Positions 42,106 through 55,189 of a stretch of DNA of 64,000 nt are shown piece after piece (position 1 is the stretch's first letter; every line of letters begins with the position of its first letter). The DNA lies in the NCBI RefSeq assembly GCF_006345805.1, contig NC_043003.1, positions 62,000,001 through 62,064,000 on the forward strand, given 5' to 3'. The notes beneath the pieces are model-generated. The model saw only the letters and a list, made by a program, of their open reading frames with translations. It was not told where the DNA came from and ran no database searches. Position numbers and translations under genes: made by a program. The DNA comes from Octopus sinensis. Taxonomy: Eukaryota.

Positions 42106-42576
42106 TTACCTCTATTTATATCCAAATTGGTCTTCATTAAGCAGATCTACTATCAAGGACCTTAAAACTATGACCATCATATATTTTGAAATTTCTAGAA
42201 TATGGTTTGAGAGATTTGATAGTTGAAAGATTTCAGAAGGCAATAGAAATACATCAACTGATGGAGCAATTGAAGTTTTTTGTTGTAAATTTTCAGGTGA
42301 CAGTGAATTGTGAGGAGAAAAGATTAAATGGAAGCACTGACATCGTATAGAAAGAACTTCTGTAACAATACAAATTTGAAAAGGCATGATTGGAAAAACG
42401 TGTGTAGTACAGGTTCTAGAAGATAAAACATTGAAGTAGTGACAGTTAGTGATAAAAAGCATTAAATATTTAAGCTGAATGGTATTGAGCCAGATTATGG
42501 TGTTATACAGTGTGTATGTTTATATCATGTTTACTATGGATTTACTCTGTTGGAAGCTTTAGTTTAAATTGAAGTC

Positions 42577-43403
42577 AATCCATAGATTTTAACCATCACT
42601 GCATGTACAAACTAATTAAATTAATTAGATATTAAGAACAGTCATAAAATGACTGCCATGTTTAAACAATCTAATTGTGAATAGAAAGAGGTTAGTTGGA
42701 CTACTGTTTCAAACGTGTTTATATTCTCATCAACAACTTCTAATCCTATACTTAACTAACCAATGAAATTGTATTTAAAACCACTATACACAAATTTGAA
42801 TATTTGACACATTTTTGGCAGTTTGACTAGCTAAATTTCTGATGTGTTAAGCAATGTTTTCTTACTAAAGTTTACTATGTGCTAAATCTATAGATCTTAT
42901 GTTACATGAGTAAACTAATTAAAATTAGATACATTGGACAGTCATAAAGGGGTTGTCATGCTGTTAGTTTCACTGTTGACAGAAGGGCGATTGGCTGTAT
43001 GTACATGATAGTTGTTTACAACCATCTAATGTATCCAATTTTGATTAGTCTACACATACTGTGATAGTTAAAATCTATGGATTTATACATAGTAAACTTT
43101 AGAATAAAAACTAACACTGTTAATATGTCATTATTTTATTTAGTTGAACAAACTGGCAAAAATACATCAAATGTTGAAATTAGTGTTCCTGGTTTAATGA
43201 AGTGCTTGTTAATAGTGTCTTTAAATACAATTTCACAATGATCAGTTAAGAGTATAAAAAACAGTTACCAAAACGAAAGTAAATACATTTGAACATACAG
43301 TTGAGCAGATCCCACTTTTTGTCCATAGTGAGATTGTATAAACATGACAGCTTCTTATGACTAATCAAGAGCATATACAGTGATTATTAAAAATCTATGA
43401 ATT
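42577..43403. repeat. Degenerate about 830-bp palindrome built from inverted, about 310-bp tandem units
   Basis: Several nested arm matches, e.g. ctaaagtttactatgt (42865) / acatagtaaactttag (43087) and tgaaattgtatttaaa / tttaaatacaatttca. Confidence 0.8.
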
Positions 43404-44064
43404 CACTCAGCATCAATTTTTTAGTCTGTAAAATAAACACTAGTAATGCATTGTTAAAGTGTGTAGAGTTTATATAGCTTGGAAATATTTTGTAGTATTT
43501 GTAATTATATCTGTATATGATTCTCAGTATTTGCAGTTCTGTTTTAGTGATTTGTAGTATATGTGATGTTGTTGAGAGTCTTGGGGATTAGGTTAAGCAT
43601 TTGTCAAGAATATATTTGGAGTTGTATATTATTAATAAGCGGAGTGGAATGGATGTTGATTTATACCCTTTATTTAGAGTTACTCTGCTTTAATGCTGAT
43701 GCATAAAACTATATCATTATTGGAAGATAATCTGGACATCATTATTCAAGGTGTGCTGCAGTTACACCTTCATAAAAAAAAATATAATACTTTTATGCAC
43801 AACCTAGTTTGCTTGACCACTAATATATCAGTTTTGTCCTAGATTATGGGATTTAGATGTGTGCATACTATATCTAACATATGAATATATTTTACCATAG
43901 ATACACAGCATCATTGTATTTAGTAATAAGTAAATAAAACAGTTGGTAACAAGAAGGGCATCTTACCATAAAACACTGCCTCAGAAAACCTGCCCAACCG
44001 ATGCCAGAATGGGAAAGTGAACATAAAATATTGCTTATACTGAGGATACTTACGTGTTCATGCG

Positions 44065-44110
<46 letters not shown>

Positions 44111-44463
44111 TATACAATCATGCTATAAAATTATTGCTATTTCGTTTATAAATGAAATATACTTTATGACAATATGTTGAGATCTAGCGTCAACTATTGT
44201 TTCTTATATGAAGCATATATTTCTGCTTTGAGGGTAAGTATTCAGCTTTAAACCATTTATTACTGCAGTAAGAAATGTTTGTAAATTTTCAGAATATATC
44301 ACATGCTTCCATGGAAAATAATTAAAAAATATTCACAGTTCTTCCAATTTAGATTTTATATTTTTGTGTTATACTGAATGATACATAAAATCTGTTGATG
44401 TGTAAATTGCATTCTATTATCACAGATAATGCATTATGTACATATGATCTATTTTTCTTTTAG

Positions 44464-44500
44464 GGGATCATGTTGCCATCAAATGTTATGGAAATTAACA
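44464..44500 (+). CDS. SPO11: SPO11 37-nt micro-exon (exon 7 equivalent)
   Basis: atttttcttttag| GGG ATC ATG TTG CCA TCA AAT GTT ATG GAA ATT AAC A |gtatccttt = GIMLPSNVMEIN+1 nt, comparable to human AVAVPSNIQGIR. Confidence 0.9.
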
Positions 44501-45912
44501 GTATCCTTTATATAGCAAAAGTTCAGAAACTTAATTAATTGATGCATAAAAGAGTACTGAAAAAACAAATGAAATTAGGAAAAATATACCATACTTTCTG
44601 GCTTGCAAGTTCATTAAGTGTAAAGTGCAAACATTCAAACGTTGTCACTATCTTTCCAAATCCTGCTGTATGTCACATGGAAGTTTTAATCTTCAAAAGT
44701 TGTTGTGTTGTATAAAGTCAATCTATCTTTTTTGGCTCTAAATTTTGATCTGAAAATATTCAACTTGTATGCAAGAAAATACAGTCAACAGGAATAGTTA
44801 CCAATTATTGAATAGAAAAATCAGTGTAGAATATGCACAAAAGTACTTTCATTTTTATTGTATTTAGTATAATCATCATAATCGTCATCGTTTAACGTCC
44901 ACTTTCCATGCTGGCATGGGTTGGATGGTTTGACTGAGGGCTGGCAAGCCAGAAGGCTGCACCAGGCTCCAATCTGATCTGACAAAGTTCCTACAGCTGG
45001 ATGCCCTTCCTAATGCCAACCACTGTGAGAGTGTAGCAGGTGCTTTTTACATGCAACCAGCATGAGGGCCAGTCAGGCAGTACTGGCAAAACTCCTCAAT
45101 AATTTCTGAGATTGCCTTTAGCCTAAAAATTTATTGGAGAGGTATACTGACAATTGAGTGAACAATAGTACTTGATTATCTTATTGCTCTTGGAGAGATG
45201 AAGGACAAATATTTGAACTCAAAAGGTAGAAGATTAAAACTTATTAATATGGTATTCCACTGGTGCTTTTCTCTTTCTGTTCTTGCGAAATTTAGTGGAA
45301 ACTTAATAAAAGCAAAATATCATTAAATTTGAGAACCTAAATATTTGATAGGTGCAAAATTAATTTAATTATTAATAGCTGAGATCTGACTAGTGTTTCG
45401 AAAAGATATTACTAAACTAGGTGCCTGACTTAATGGAAAACAACAAGTATTACTTGTTGCATCTTTATGCAGATGAGTTGCACCTAATCACATGATTGCC
45501 TACGTTTTAAAATGTTAATAATCTCCAGCTACTTTTTCTCAGCATCTTGTTAGAGTTGAGTGATTCCAGGTGAACTATCATATGCAATCAATCCATTCAA
45601 TCCTAATTCTAAGTTGCCAAAAAGGTACTCATTGGGTCTAATTTCATAAGCAAAACATAACTCACAATGATATGTCTCCATATATTTATTTATCCAATAA
45701 CAGTTACCTTTCCTTATTTTCATTTCATGTCTATGATATTTTGCCTTATGAAATGAATTAGTAAAACAGGCTTTAAAGCACTATTTCCCAGAGAATGAAT
45801 AAATAAATAAAAAATAAAATTCCATCTTTATTTTGTGATTTTGTTCAGTCTAATTTGTCATTTCATATAGTTGCAATTCTGAAAATTTTATTTATCCTTA
45901 ATGCATGTTTAT
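44501..45912 (+). other. U12-type (minor spliceosome) intron of SPO11, predicted GT-AT termini
   Basis: 5' site GTATCCTTT is the U12 consensus. Branch site TATCCTTAAT at 45893-45902. The frame-preserving 3' end at AT 45911-45912 lies 11-12 nt after the branch A. Confidence 0.82.
44874..45089 (-). mobile_element. RTE 3'-end repeat inside the U12 intron
   Basis: catcgtttaacgtccactttccatgctggcatgggttggatgg...ctggatgcccttcctaatgccaaccac. Confidence 0.85.
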
Positions 45913-46019
45913 ACATATATACTCATGCCCTATTTATTTTAGTAGTAGAAAAGGATGCTACATTTCAACATCTGTTAAATTATGGAATCAGTGAACAATT
46001 TCCTCATATAATTATAACC
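45913..46019 (+). CDS. SPO11: SPO11 exon (exon 8 equivalent), TOPRIM domain start
   Basis: Translates (N)IYTHALFILVVEKDATFQHLLNYGISEQFPHIIIT, then |gtaagt at 46020. VEKDATF is the conserved TOPRIM glutamate motif (GAA 45948-45950). The 5' boundary is inferred from frame and from the U12 branch site. Confidence 0.92.
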
Positions 46020-46396
46020 GTAAGTATTTAAAAAAAACTGAATAACAAATTTTAACTGTGAAATCTCAATAAATCCTGTAGAACTGTAAGTTAAATCAAC
46101 TAACAAGGCAAAGTTATACAAAGTATAAAATGAACTGAATTCTTGATTAGTGTAGATTAGTAGTTTGTGAATTTAGGATTACAAAAATGAAAGCAAAAAA
46201 TTATTCATCAAGGATAGGATAAGTGAAATTTTAAAGATGCTTTAATGAAGACAAGAATCCACACTGCATTAGCATGAAAAGTGGATAAAAAATGATGATA
46301 GTAGTGATGATGCTGATAATGATGATGATGACTTGTTTGTAGGGCATGGTCTGACTTGTCAAAATTAATCAGGTTGTTCAGTTGACAATATCTTAA

Positions 46397-46587
46397 CCCT
46401 TTTGATACCAACCCAGCTGAAACTGTCTCTGGCTCTATAGTACAAATGTCCTGTTCTTAAAAGTTGTCGCAGTTTATGTTCCTAGCACTAGCTTAATAAC
46501 TAAGTTATTGTACTAAATTCTTTATTATATTTAAAATTAATTGAAAAAAACACAGAGCATCTCAACAGAAATATGGTAATAAAAGGG
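46397..46587. mobile_element. piggyBac-type MITE (191 bp)
   Basis: TTAA|cccttttgatacca ... tggtaataaaaggg|TTAA. Confidence 0.85.
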
Positions 46588-47068
46588 TTAAAGAAGGCAA
46601 TATGGTCCAGGTACATGAAAGGCAGAGTCTAAACTATGGAGAACTAAGGAAACCATTTGCGACTTGAGGATGGTAGTGTATGTTGCTTCCAGTAGAGGTA
46701 TGGAAGATGCCATAGGCTTTTAGTTAATCCACTATGATTTAACTGGCTGGGATTGGACCTAAGAAGGACAGCAAACAGTAACTTATGGATGGACAGCTGA
46801 TCTTTTTCAAAAACTGCTGCAGTTGAAATATCTATATCTGTTCATCTGTTTGAAGTATACAACAATTTCATGACCAAGGATCAAAACCTTAAGTCCACTA
46901 ATTGTGGACTTCAAATTCCTTTGTTTAACCTGTCAAATTTGACACCAGCTTTGGTTAAACAGAGGTAAATCTAGGTAAGTCCATTCAACTCTAATTTCAG
47001 TGACCTTGTTTGGTTTAACACAAGTATATATTCATGATATCTGTAAAAGCAGCCAGTTATGTATGGAT

Positions 47069-47302
47069 ACAGGCATGACTGTATGGTAAAAAAATTTGGT
47101 TATTAGACACATAGTTCTGGGTTCAGTCCCACTGTGTGGTACCTTTCAGTTTTTGTCTACCAAATATGAGTGGGTTTGATGGACAGAAACTGAAAGAAGT
47201 CTATTGTGTGTATATGTGTATGTTTTTGTGTACGAGTTTGTTTCCCACACCTCACTGCTTGACAACCAGTACTGGTGTGTTTATGTCCCAGTAGTTTAGC
47301 AC
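47069..47302 (+). mobile_element. Family-A SINE, partial
   Basis: ggcatgactgtatggt...gggttcagtcccactgtgtggtacc...gacagaaactgaaagaag...gcttgacaaccagtactggtgtgtttatgtccc. Confidence 0.75.
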
Positions 47303-48108
47303 TTCTGGATGGAGAGAGAGCCTCAATGGGCAGAGGTTGTGGTAGATATGTGAGGGCATTGAGGATGATAGCAGAATAGTGAGGTGTCAATGACAGAGAA
47401 CAGCATAAAGGAGAGAAGGCACAGAAAGAAGGTGATTGGTGGAGAAAATAATGAGAAATGGAAATGGTTTGGGATGGGAAAGAGAGGTAACTGAAAAAGT
47501 TGGGTGATGTAGTACGTGTCTATTCTGCTCTCAGTTAATAGGGAAGTGATGGTGTTAGGAGTTGAAATGTAGTGGAGAAATGGTTGATGAGGCAGAGACA
47601 ATGATGGCAGGAGTGGGACAGAGCCCCTCATAGACACACATTACCAAGGTGGTTTTAGGATATATTAATTCTGCTGTGGTGGCTGAGTCTATTCCTGTTT
47701 ATATACCTATAGTAGTCTTGTCTTGGACATCTTTTGCGCCTAATGTCTCTTGGTCTGCCCATAGCTAATTTCTCATACAAAGAACAGACAGAAAGAAAGC
47801 GTGACAGTAAGAGAGGAATAGACCCTAATACACGACCAGTACTTTATCAACACAAACATAAAGATTACTACAAAGCAATCTACCAGACTTCTAGACTGAA
47901 GCATAAATGATAGTTATAAGTTACAAGAGGACCGAGTGAAAAGGGTACTCAGTATTTTCACATATGTATGTACAAAATGCTTATATGTGGCCTAAAGGAT
48001 AGAGCAAAGATGGAAAGCAGTGTGATCTGGGAGAAAGTAATGACAGAGGAAGAGTTGGAATGTGTGTGTAAAGAAGCAAGGGTATATAAATATATATATA
48101 TATATATA

Positions 48109-49495
48109 TCATCATCATCATCATTTAATGTCCGTTGTCCATGCTGGCATGGGTTGGATGGTTTGAACAGAGCTGGGGAGCTGCACCAAGTTCCAGTCTG
48201 ATTTGGCATGGTTTCTACGACTAGATGCTCTTCCTATTGCCAACCACTTTACAGATTGTGCTGGGTGTTTTCACATGGCACTGCATTAGCACTTTTATGT
48301 GACACTGGCATGTGTGGATTTTAAGGGGCTCCGGCACAGGACTCTTGCAAACCAATGCTCTTCACCAGGGAGAGCAGCCTTAACACTTCTGCTGTGGAGT
48401 ATGGGTATTCTTGAGTATAGCAAGGTGCCAAGTATCTCAATCCTTTGTCATCTTGTCTGAAAGGTTCAACATCCCAAGGTCATTCTTCAGTACTTTTTTC
48501 CATGTCTTCCTGTGTCTCCTTCTTCCATGGGTTTCATCTACTTCAAAAGATCAGCACTTCTTTATGAAGCTGTCGGCATCCATCCACATCACATGGCCAA
48601 ACCATCACAGTCTTCTATCTTGCACACTGCATCTAATTCCTCTTATGTCTAATTTCTCTCCCAATGTAAACTTGCATGACACATCCAGTGGAGCACACTA
48701 GCCTCATTTCTCTCTAATCTTTGCATGTCCTCTGCATTCAAGGCCTACATCTTGCTACCATGCAGAATTGCTGTCAGTATACATGTATCATACAATCTTT
48801 CTTTCATTCAGAGAGAGAAAGCTTTCATAGCCAACAAAGGTAAAAACTCTCTGAATTTCCTCCATCTTATTCTTATTCTCACTATCACACCCTCTGTGCA
48901 CCCTCCCCCACTACTAATTTGGTCCCCTGGGTAGCAGAAATTATCTACTACCTTTAATGGGCCACGAAGGCATTTGAGAGAATGAATTTCCCAAGTCTCT
49001 AAAGTTTTTATGGATCATGTGCACCTTCCACATGCAAACACTACTTTCGCTGATAACCTAATTATTCCACCGCTCCTCTCATGTGTCCATAGCTTACACT
49101 GGGTCCCTCTGTTGTGGTCACACGAGGGAGACTCCTTTCATCCCATTCATTCTCCACATTCAACGTTCTTGTATAGTAACTTTTCCACTCCTCTTTCTTG
49201 TTCACATCACTAAGTGCAAGCAAAACATAATCCATCCACATATACTTCTCTTCCACAATATCTTGATTCTCAATGATCTTCATACTGTAGGACATTGGTA
49301 AATGTCTTCTTTCTTCCGTTTGCCCTTGCTATATAAACCTGACATCTCGCCTCCTTTTTAGCTTCCTGATATAATTCTTTGCTACCCTTTCTTAGCCATC
49401 CTTTCCAGATTGTCTCTTCTCTTTTATGGCTCTGTCAGTGTTACTCTTCCACCACAATGTCACCCTTGGTCTGGCAGAGGCTTTGCTCCAACCAT
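48109..49495 (-). mobile_element. Decayed RTE LINE with 3' (ATC)n tail
   Basis: Tail motif at 48109-48300; minus-strand remnants KKEEWKSYYTRTLNVENEWD and VVDNFCYPGDQIS-like segment. Confidence 0.8.
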
Positions 49496-50027
49496 ATATA
49501 TATATATACACACTAGCTGAATAGCTTGTTGTTGCTGGGCAATTTTTACAATATGATGTCTTATATAAATTTTTGCTTATTCCATGTCAGATCATGCCTT
49601 CCTCGGCAGATAGGCTTCTTGATCAGGACAGATTTGTGCAATTTTTCACATGACTTTATTCATTAAAACTTATTAAAACTTCAGAAGTTCTTACAATGTG
49701 GATCATCATAATGCTTTGCTTTCATTTGTTTAATAAAAATTCCTCCTTGTAATGATTTTGCTTTCATTTTGTGATAGACAGCTATCATGTGGAAAATGCC
49801 AGCTTCCAAATCCTGTTTACTGATTTGGAAAAATTGATAAAACTTTAAACCTCAGTAACATTTTCCTGCAATTTTTCTGGAACAAATAAATAACGAAATC
49901 AGATTTGACATGGAAAATTATTTCTATATAGCAAATTTGAAAATTTTGACAAAATTTTAAAATTTCATATGTGACAGCAACAGGGAAGACCCTACAAAAG
50001 TAGTGATAGACAGTTACAGGACGTGAA

Positions 50028-52217
50028 ACACACACACACACACACAAACAAACATTTACAAATGTACACACAGGTAATCACGAGTTTAAAATAGTGTATA
50101 GTAGACATATGTATGTACATATGTATGTATATATATGTACATGTGTGTCTGTGTGTGAGTGTTTCTTTGCAATGGACAGCAGAAAAGCCACCTTCTCCTT
50201 CTCTCCTTAAAGCTACGTATTCCTCACACCCACCTTTCCCTTCCTCAGCATGTTAAAAGTTATTTATGTGCATGTGTGCGTGTGTGTGCATGTGTGTATG
50301 TATGCATGTATCTATGTATTTACAGAAGTATGTGTGCAGTAAAAGTGAATGACAGCTGTATTAATGTTATCATCCCATTGTTACTCCATTTTTGTTGCTT
50401 ACACAATTCTGTTCTCCCCTTCCCAGTCACACTCACTCTGCTACTACATTTCTCTCACACCAACACTCTTTGCAGCTTTCTCATTTTATCATATAATAGC
50501 CCCACCCCTCCCAAGGAGCCCATTATAGATTTTTATTCAAATCTAACTAGTCTGTAATTGAACTGGATATTAGTTTAACATGTATGCAAAGTTTTGTCTA
50601 GATTGGTTCACTGGTGTAGGCATCAAGATGTTAACAAACAAAAATTGCCATTTATGTATAAGATATATATATATATATATTATGTATGTATACACGCTGC
50701 ATAATGGCTGACATTAGAAAAGGCATTGAGTTATAGAAACCAAGTCAAAATTGGAAGTTATGAACGAAGTCTGGACCTACTGTCATATATGTATGTATAC
50801 ATGCATGCAAACTCTGATTAAAAACAGACTTAGATGTTGACCTGTCAAACCCATATCGCCATTGAAAGCAGATGTTAGATAGTGATGATTATGATGATAC
50901 ATGTGTCTCCTCCTCTCTTTTTCTCCTCTCTCTCTCTCTCTCCCTCTCTGTATGGGCATCCAAATGTAGAAGCCATACCAAAACAGACAATGGAGCCTGG
51001 TGCAGCACCTGGTCTTGCTAGATCCTGTCAAACTATCCAACCCATACCAGCATGGAAATTAACTTCAAATGATGACAACGAGGATGATACACACACACAC
51101 ACACACACACACCACACACACACACACAAACAAACATTTACAAATGTACACACAGGTAATCACGAGTTTAAAATAGTGTATAGTAGACATATGTATGTAC
51201 ATATGTATGTATATATATGTACATGTGTGTCTGTGTGTGAGTGTTTCTTTGCAATGGACAGCAGAAAAGCCACCTTCTCCTTCTCTCCTTAAAGCTACGT
51301 ATTCCTCACACCCACCTTTCCCTTCCTCAGCATGTTAAAAGTTATTTATGTGCATGTGTGCGTGTGTGTGCATGTGTGTATGTATGCATGTATCTATGTA
51401 TTTACAGAAGTATGTGTGCAGTAAAAGTGAATGACAGCTGTATTAATGTTATCATCCCATTGTTACTCCATTTTTGTTGCTTACACAATTCTGTTCTCCC
51501 CTTCCCAGTCACACTCACTCTGCTACTACATTTCTCTCACACCAACACTCTTTGCAGCTTTCTCATTTTATCATATAATAGCCCCACCCCTCCCAAGGAG
51601 CCCATTATAGATTTTTATTCAAATCTAACTAGTCTGTAATTGAACTGGATATTAGTTTAACATGTATGCAAAGTTTTGTCTAGATTGGTTCACTGGTGTA
51701 GGCATCAAGATGTTAACAAACAAAAATTGCCATTTATGTATAAGATATATATATATATATATGTATGTATACACGCTGCATAATGGCTGACATTAGAAAA
51801 GGCATTGAGTTATAGAAACCAAGTCAAAATTGGAAGTTATGAACGAAGTCTGGACCTACTGTCATATATGTATGTATACATGCATGCAAACTCTGATTAA
51901 AAACAGACTTAGATGTTGACCTGTCAAACCCATATCGCCATTGAAAGCAGATGTTAGATAGTGATGATTATGATGATACATGTGTCTCCTCCTCTCTTTT
52001 TCTCCTCTCTCTCTCTCTCTCCCTCTCTGTATGGGCATCCAAATGTAGAAGCCATACCAAAACAGACAATGGAGCCTGGTGCAGCACCTGGTCTTGCTAG
52101 ATCCTGTCAAACTATCCAACCCATACCAGCATGGAAATTAACTTCAAATGATGACAACGAGGATGATACACACACACACATACACACACACACACAACAC
52201 ACACACACACACACACA
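50028..52217. repeat. Near-identical tandem duplication, unit about 1080 bp
   Basis: Identical ORF translations offset by 1082 and 1079 bp (50159/51241; 50783/51862); junctions lie in (CA)n tracts. Confidence 0.95.
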
Positions 52218-54107
52218 TTATAGAATATTACCTGACGAAGTCATCCAAATGGTGCCAGCATTAAAAAATGTACTTAAAAAATTGATGAAGCTGATGAGTT
52301 ATGATGTGTGTATATGTGCCTTCTTCTGTATTACGATTTTAACTTAAACTTAGACATGGAGGAAAGTACAGGTGATTATATTAACCCTGATACTTGATTA
52401 GTATTTATTTTATCGACCTGAGAAGATTAGAAGGCAAAGTCACTCTCAGTAGAATTTAAACTCAGAGAGCAGAGCTTCCATTTCTATCAGTCCACTGTCT
52501 TACTGTCTTTGTGTACATACATATTAATATATGCATATACATTATTATACATAAGTGTGTATGAATGTATATATCTATAGATATAGGTACATTTATGCAA
52601 TACTTATGTGATCATGAAGTATAATATTGTTTATGAGACGTTTTAATTTGCCACCTTACGTACCTGATTTCAATTTTTAATGATGTCAATTTTGTTTCCT
52701 TTTTATTTATGTTAATTTTTTGTGAGAGAATTTGCATTATCTAAAACGAATATTATGATGCACTGGAGATCTGAGATTCTGATATTTTTATAGTTTATTG
52801 ATTTCAATGTTTTCTTTAAACTAAAAAAAATGACATTAGGATATCGTGGATGCAAGTGATTCAACATTTAGGTTAAACTTTCTTTGATATGAAAATAATT
52901 TTTAATCTATTGAATTAATTTTCATCATACTAATATATCTAGACCATGTAAAGAGTTGTGGACCTCAGTAGCTTGTTTTGTTAATTTATTATGCTGTTTC
53001 ATTATTTTTCTCTATGTGTGTATTTCATTGTGAAGGTTAGTAGGAATTCTTGTCTTCCACAGTCTCATTCTGCTTGATATATTACAAATTTTCTACCTCT
53101 ATTTCAACTTTTTCTGTTGCCAAGCAACTCAAGAAAACTATTGGAAAATTGGTCTTGTGTCTGCTGTGGCTAAATCTGGACTACCATAAAAATGCCATTT
53201 TTTAAAAATTTCTGTATATTTTTTTCATTTCTTTCTCATGATTTTTAAACATTATAATAATTTTTGTTTAGCTTTGTAACAAAACTTGCTTTGTTCTCTG
53301 TAATATTTTCTCTCATTCTTGTTAGATTTCTACTTGGTTTGGAATTTGTGTAGAACTCCAGTTTGCTTCTCTTACTCATTCTTTTTCTATTCTTCTTTTG
53401 ATGCTACGTTTTTGGTCTCCTTGATAATTGAAAGGTAGGAAAGTCAGAAAGACAAACATTTGTGTTTTATATATTGAAACAAACATATTACACTAAATTT
53501 TATATATGTTTTGTAAACACAGGGGAAAAGTTAATTAAAATCATGAAATAGAAGTGAAATTTTAGAGTATCAAATTTTATCAAACTACAACATGAATTGA
53601 TATCTCAGGAAATTATAATATAATGATGAAAAAGAATTTAAAAGTATTCAAAAAGTCCATTTATAATTGAAATAGTTTCTCATTGAAAAATATAGTAAAT
53701 TACTTTTAAATTACTACAGCAAAACATATTTTTATCAAAAAAGCAGGCCAGCATATGTATAGATATAAACATGCACATGCACACACACACACACACACAC
53801 ATGCAAACACACTCTCTCTCCCCTCACTCTCTCATGTAATAATTTCTTTCATGATGGTGGCATGATTAAACTTAACCAATGTACTCTGTAAGATATACGT
53901 AAAACTTAAGTTGGTTGGTTTTCTGTGTTGCTGTGTGAGCAAGTGACAACTCATCCAACCCAAGTCAGCATTGAATGATAAATATAAAATGAAGATGATC
54001 AAATGATGGTGCATGTGTGTGTATGTATATACATACATGAACTTGATACATACATATGTATATGTGTGTGTGTGTATATGCGTGTGTGTATGTGTGTGTA
54101 TGTATGA

Positions 54108-54513
54108 ATATTCTTTTATTCTCTTACTTCTCTCAGTCATTTGACTGTGGCTATGCTGGAGCACTGCCTTTAGTTGAGCAAATCGACCCCAGGACTTATT
54201 TTTTGTAAGCCTAGTACTTATTCTATTAGTTTCTTTTGCCGAACCTCTAAGTTACAGGGACGTAAACACATCAGCATCGGTTGTCAAGCGATGTTAGGGG
54301 GATAAACACAGACACACAAACATGCACACACACACACATATATATATATATCTATATACGATGGGCTTCTTTCAGTTTCCATCTACCAAATCCACTCACA
54401 AGACTCTGGTCAGCCCAAGGCTATAGTAGAAGGCACTTACCTAGGGTTCCATGCAGTAGGACTGAACCCAGAACCATGTGGTTGGCAAGCAAGCTACTTA
54501 CTACACAGCCACT
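54108..54513 (-). mobile_element. Family-A SINE, near full length
   Basis: Same motif series as 33251-33651. Confidence 0.9.
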
Positions 54514-55189
54514 CCTATAAATGCAGAAATTATTTAATTTCTTTTAGTTTCAGTTTATTTTAGCCATCAAAGACAAGGCCATACCAAAAAGTTTCTGCAG
54601 TGACTTTTTTTTTAATGTTATCTCTGTATTCTATGATCCACAGGTTAGTTGTTTTATGTTTGAGTATTGCAAATGGTTGGATCAAGTTGTAAGAGGTTTT
54701 TCTCCACCTTAGCTATCATCTTTCCTGGATGGTTTATTTGGAATAGTAGACAGCAATTAATTTTGAGATCGTTTATCAGTTTCAAGTAGAGTGAAATTTT
54801 GCAAGATTTTAAACCCTTTTAGTATGCAGTTATAAAGTTATAGGCTTTCAAATACTTATCTTATGTTGTATATATTCCTGCTCCCATTCTGATTTTTGTT
54901 ATTTGCTATTTGTCAACTTTTTGAGCCAGAATTTCAAAAATTATCCATACATTCTCTGGAAGAATCAGAATAACATAGAATGTGACCAAGCTGGACCTTT
55001 AACTTATATGTAAAATCCATTTGATTGATTTACTTACAGTTTCTTCTCACCTAATTTCATTCACAATGCTTGGATTGACCTGAAGTTATGGTAAAATAAT
55101 CTTGCTCAAGATACCATGAAGAAGTATGGAATTCAGGTCCTTGTGGTTGAGAAGCAAATTTTTTAAACATTTGTTCAAGTTGCTTCCAA

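Noticed and set aside
45913-45914. AC as the U12 3' terminus (GT-AC intron)
   Set aside because: Would shift the reading frame relative to the phase-1 donor; AT at 45911-45912 preserves frame and alignment.
54564-54643. Possible next SPO11 exon (ends gatccacag|gttagt, DP-like)
   Set aside because: No GKG.PD or DAD motif and wrong length; the real exon probably lies beyond 64000.
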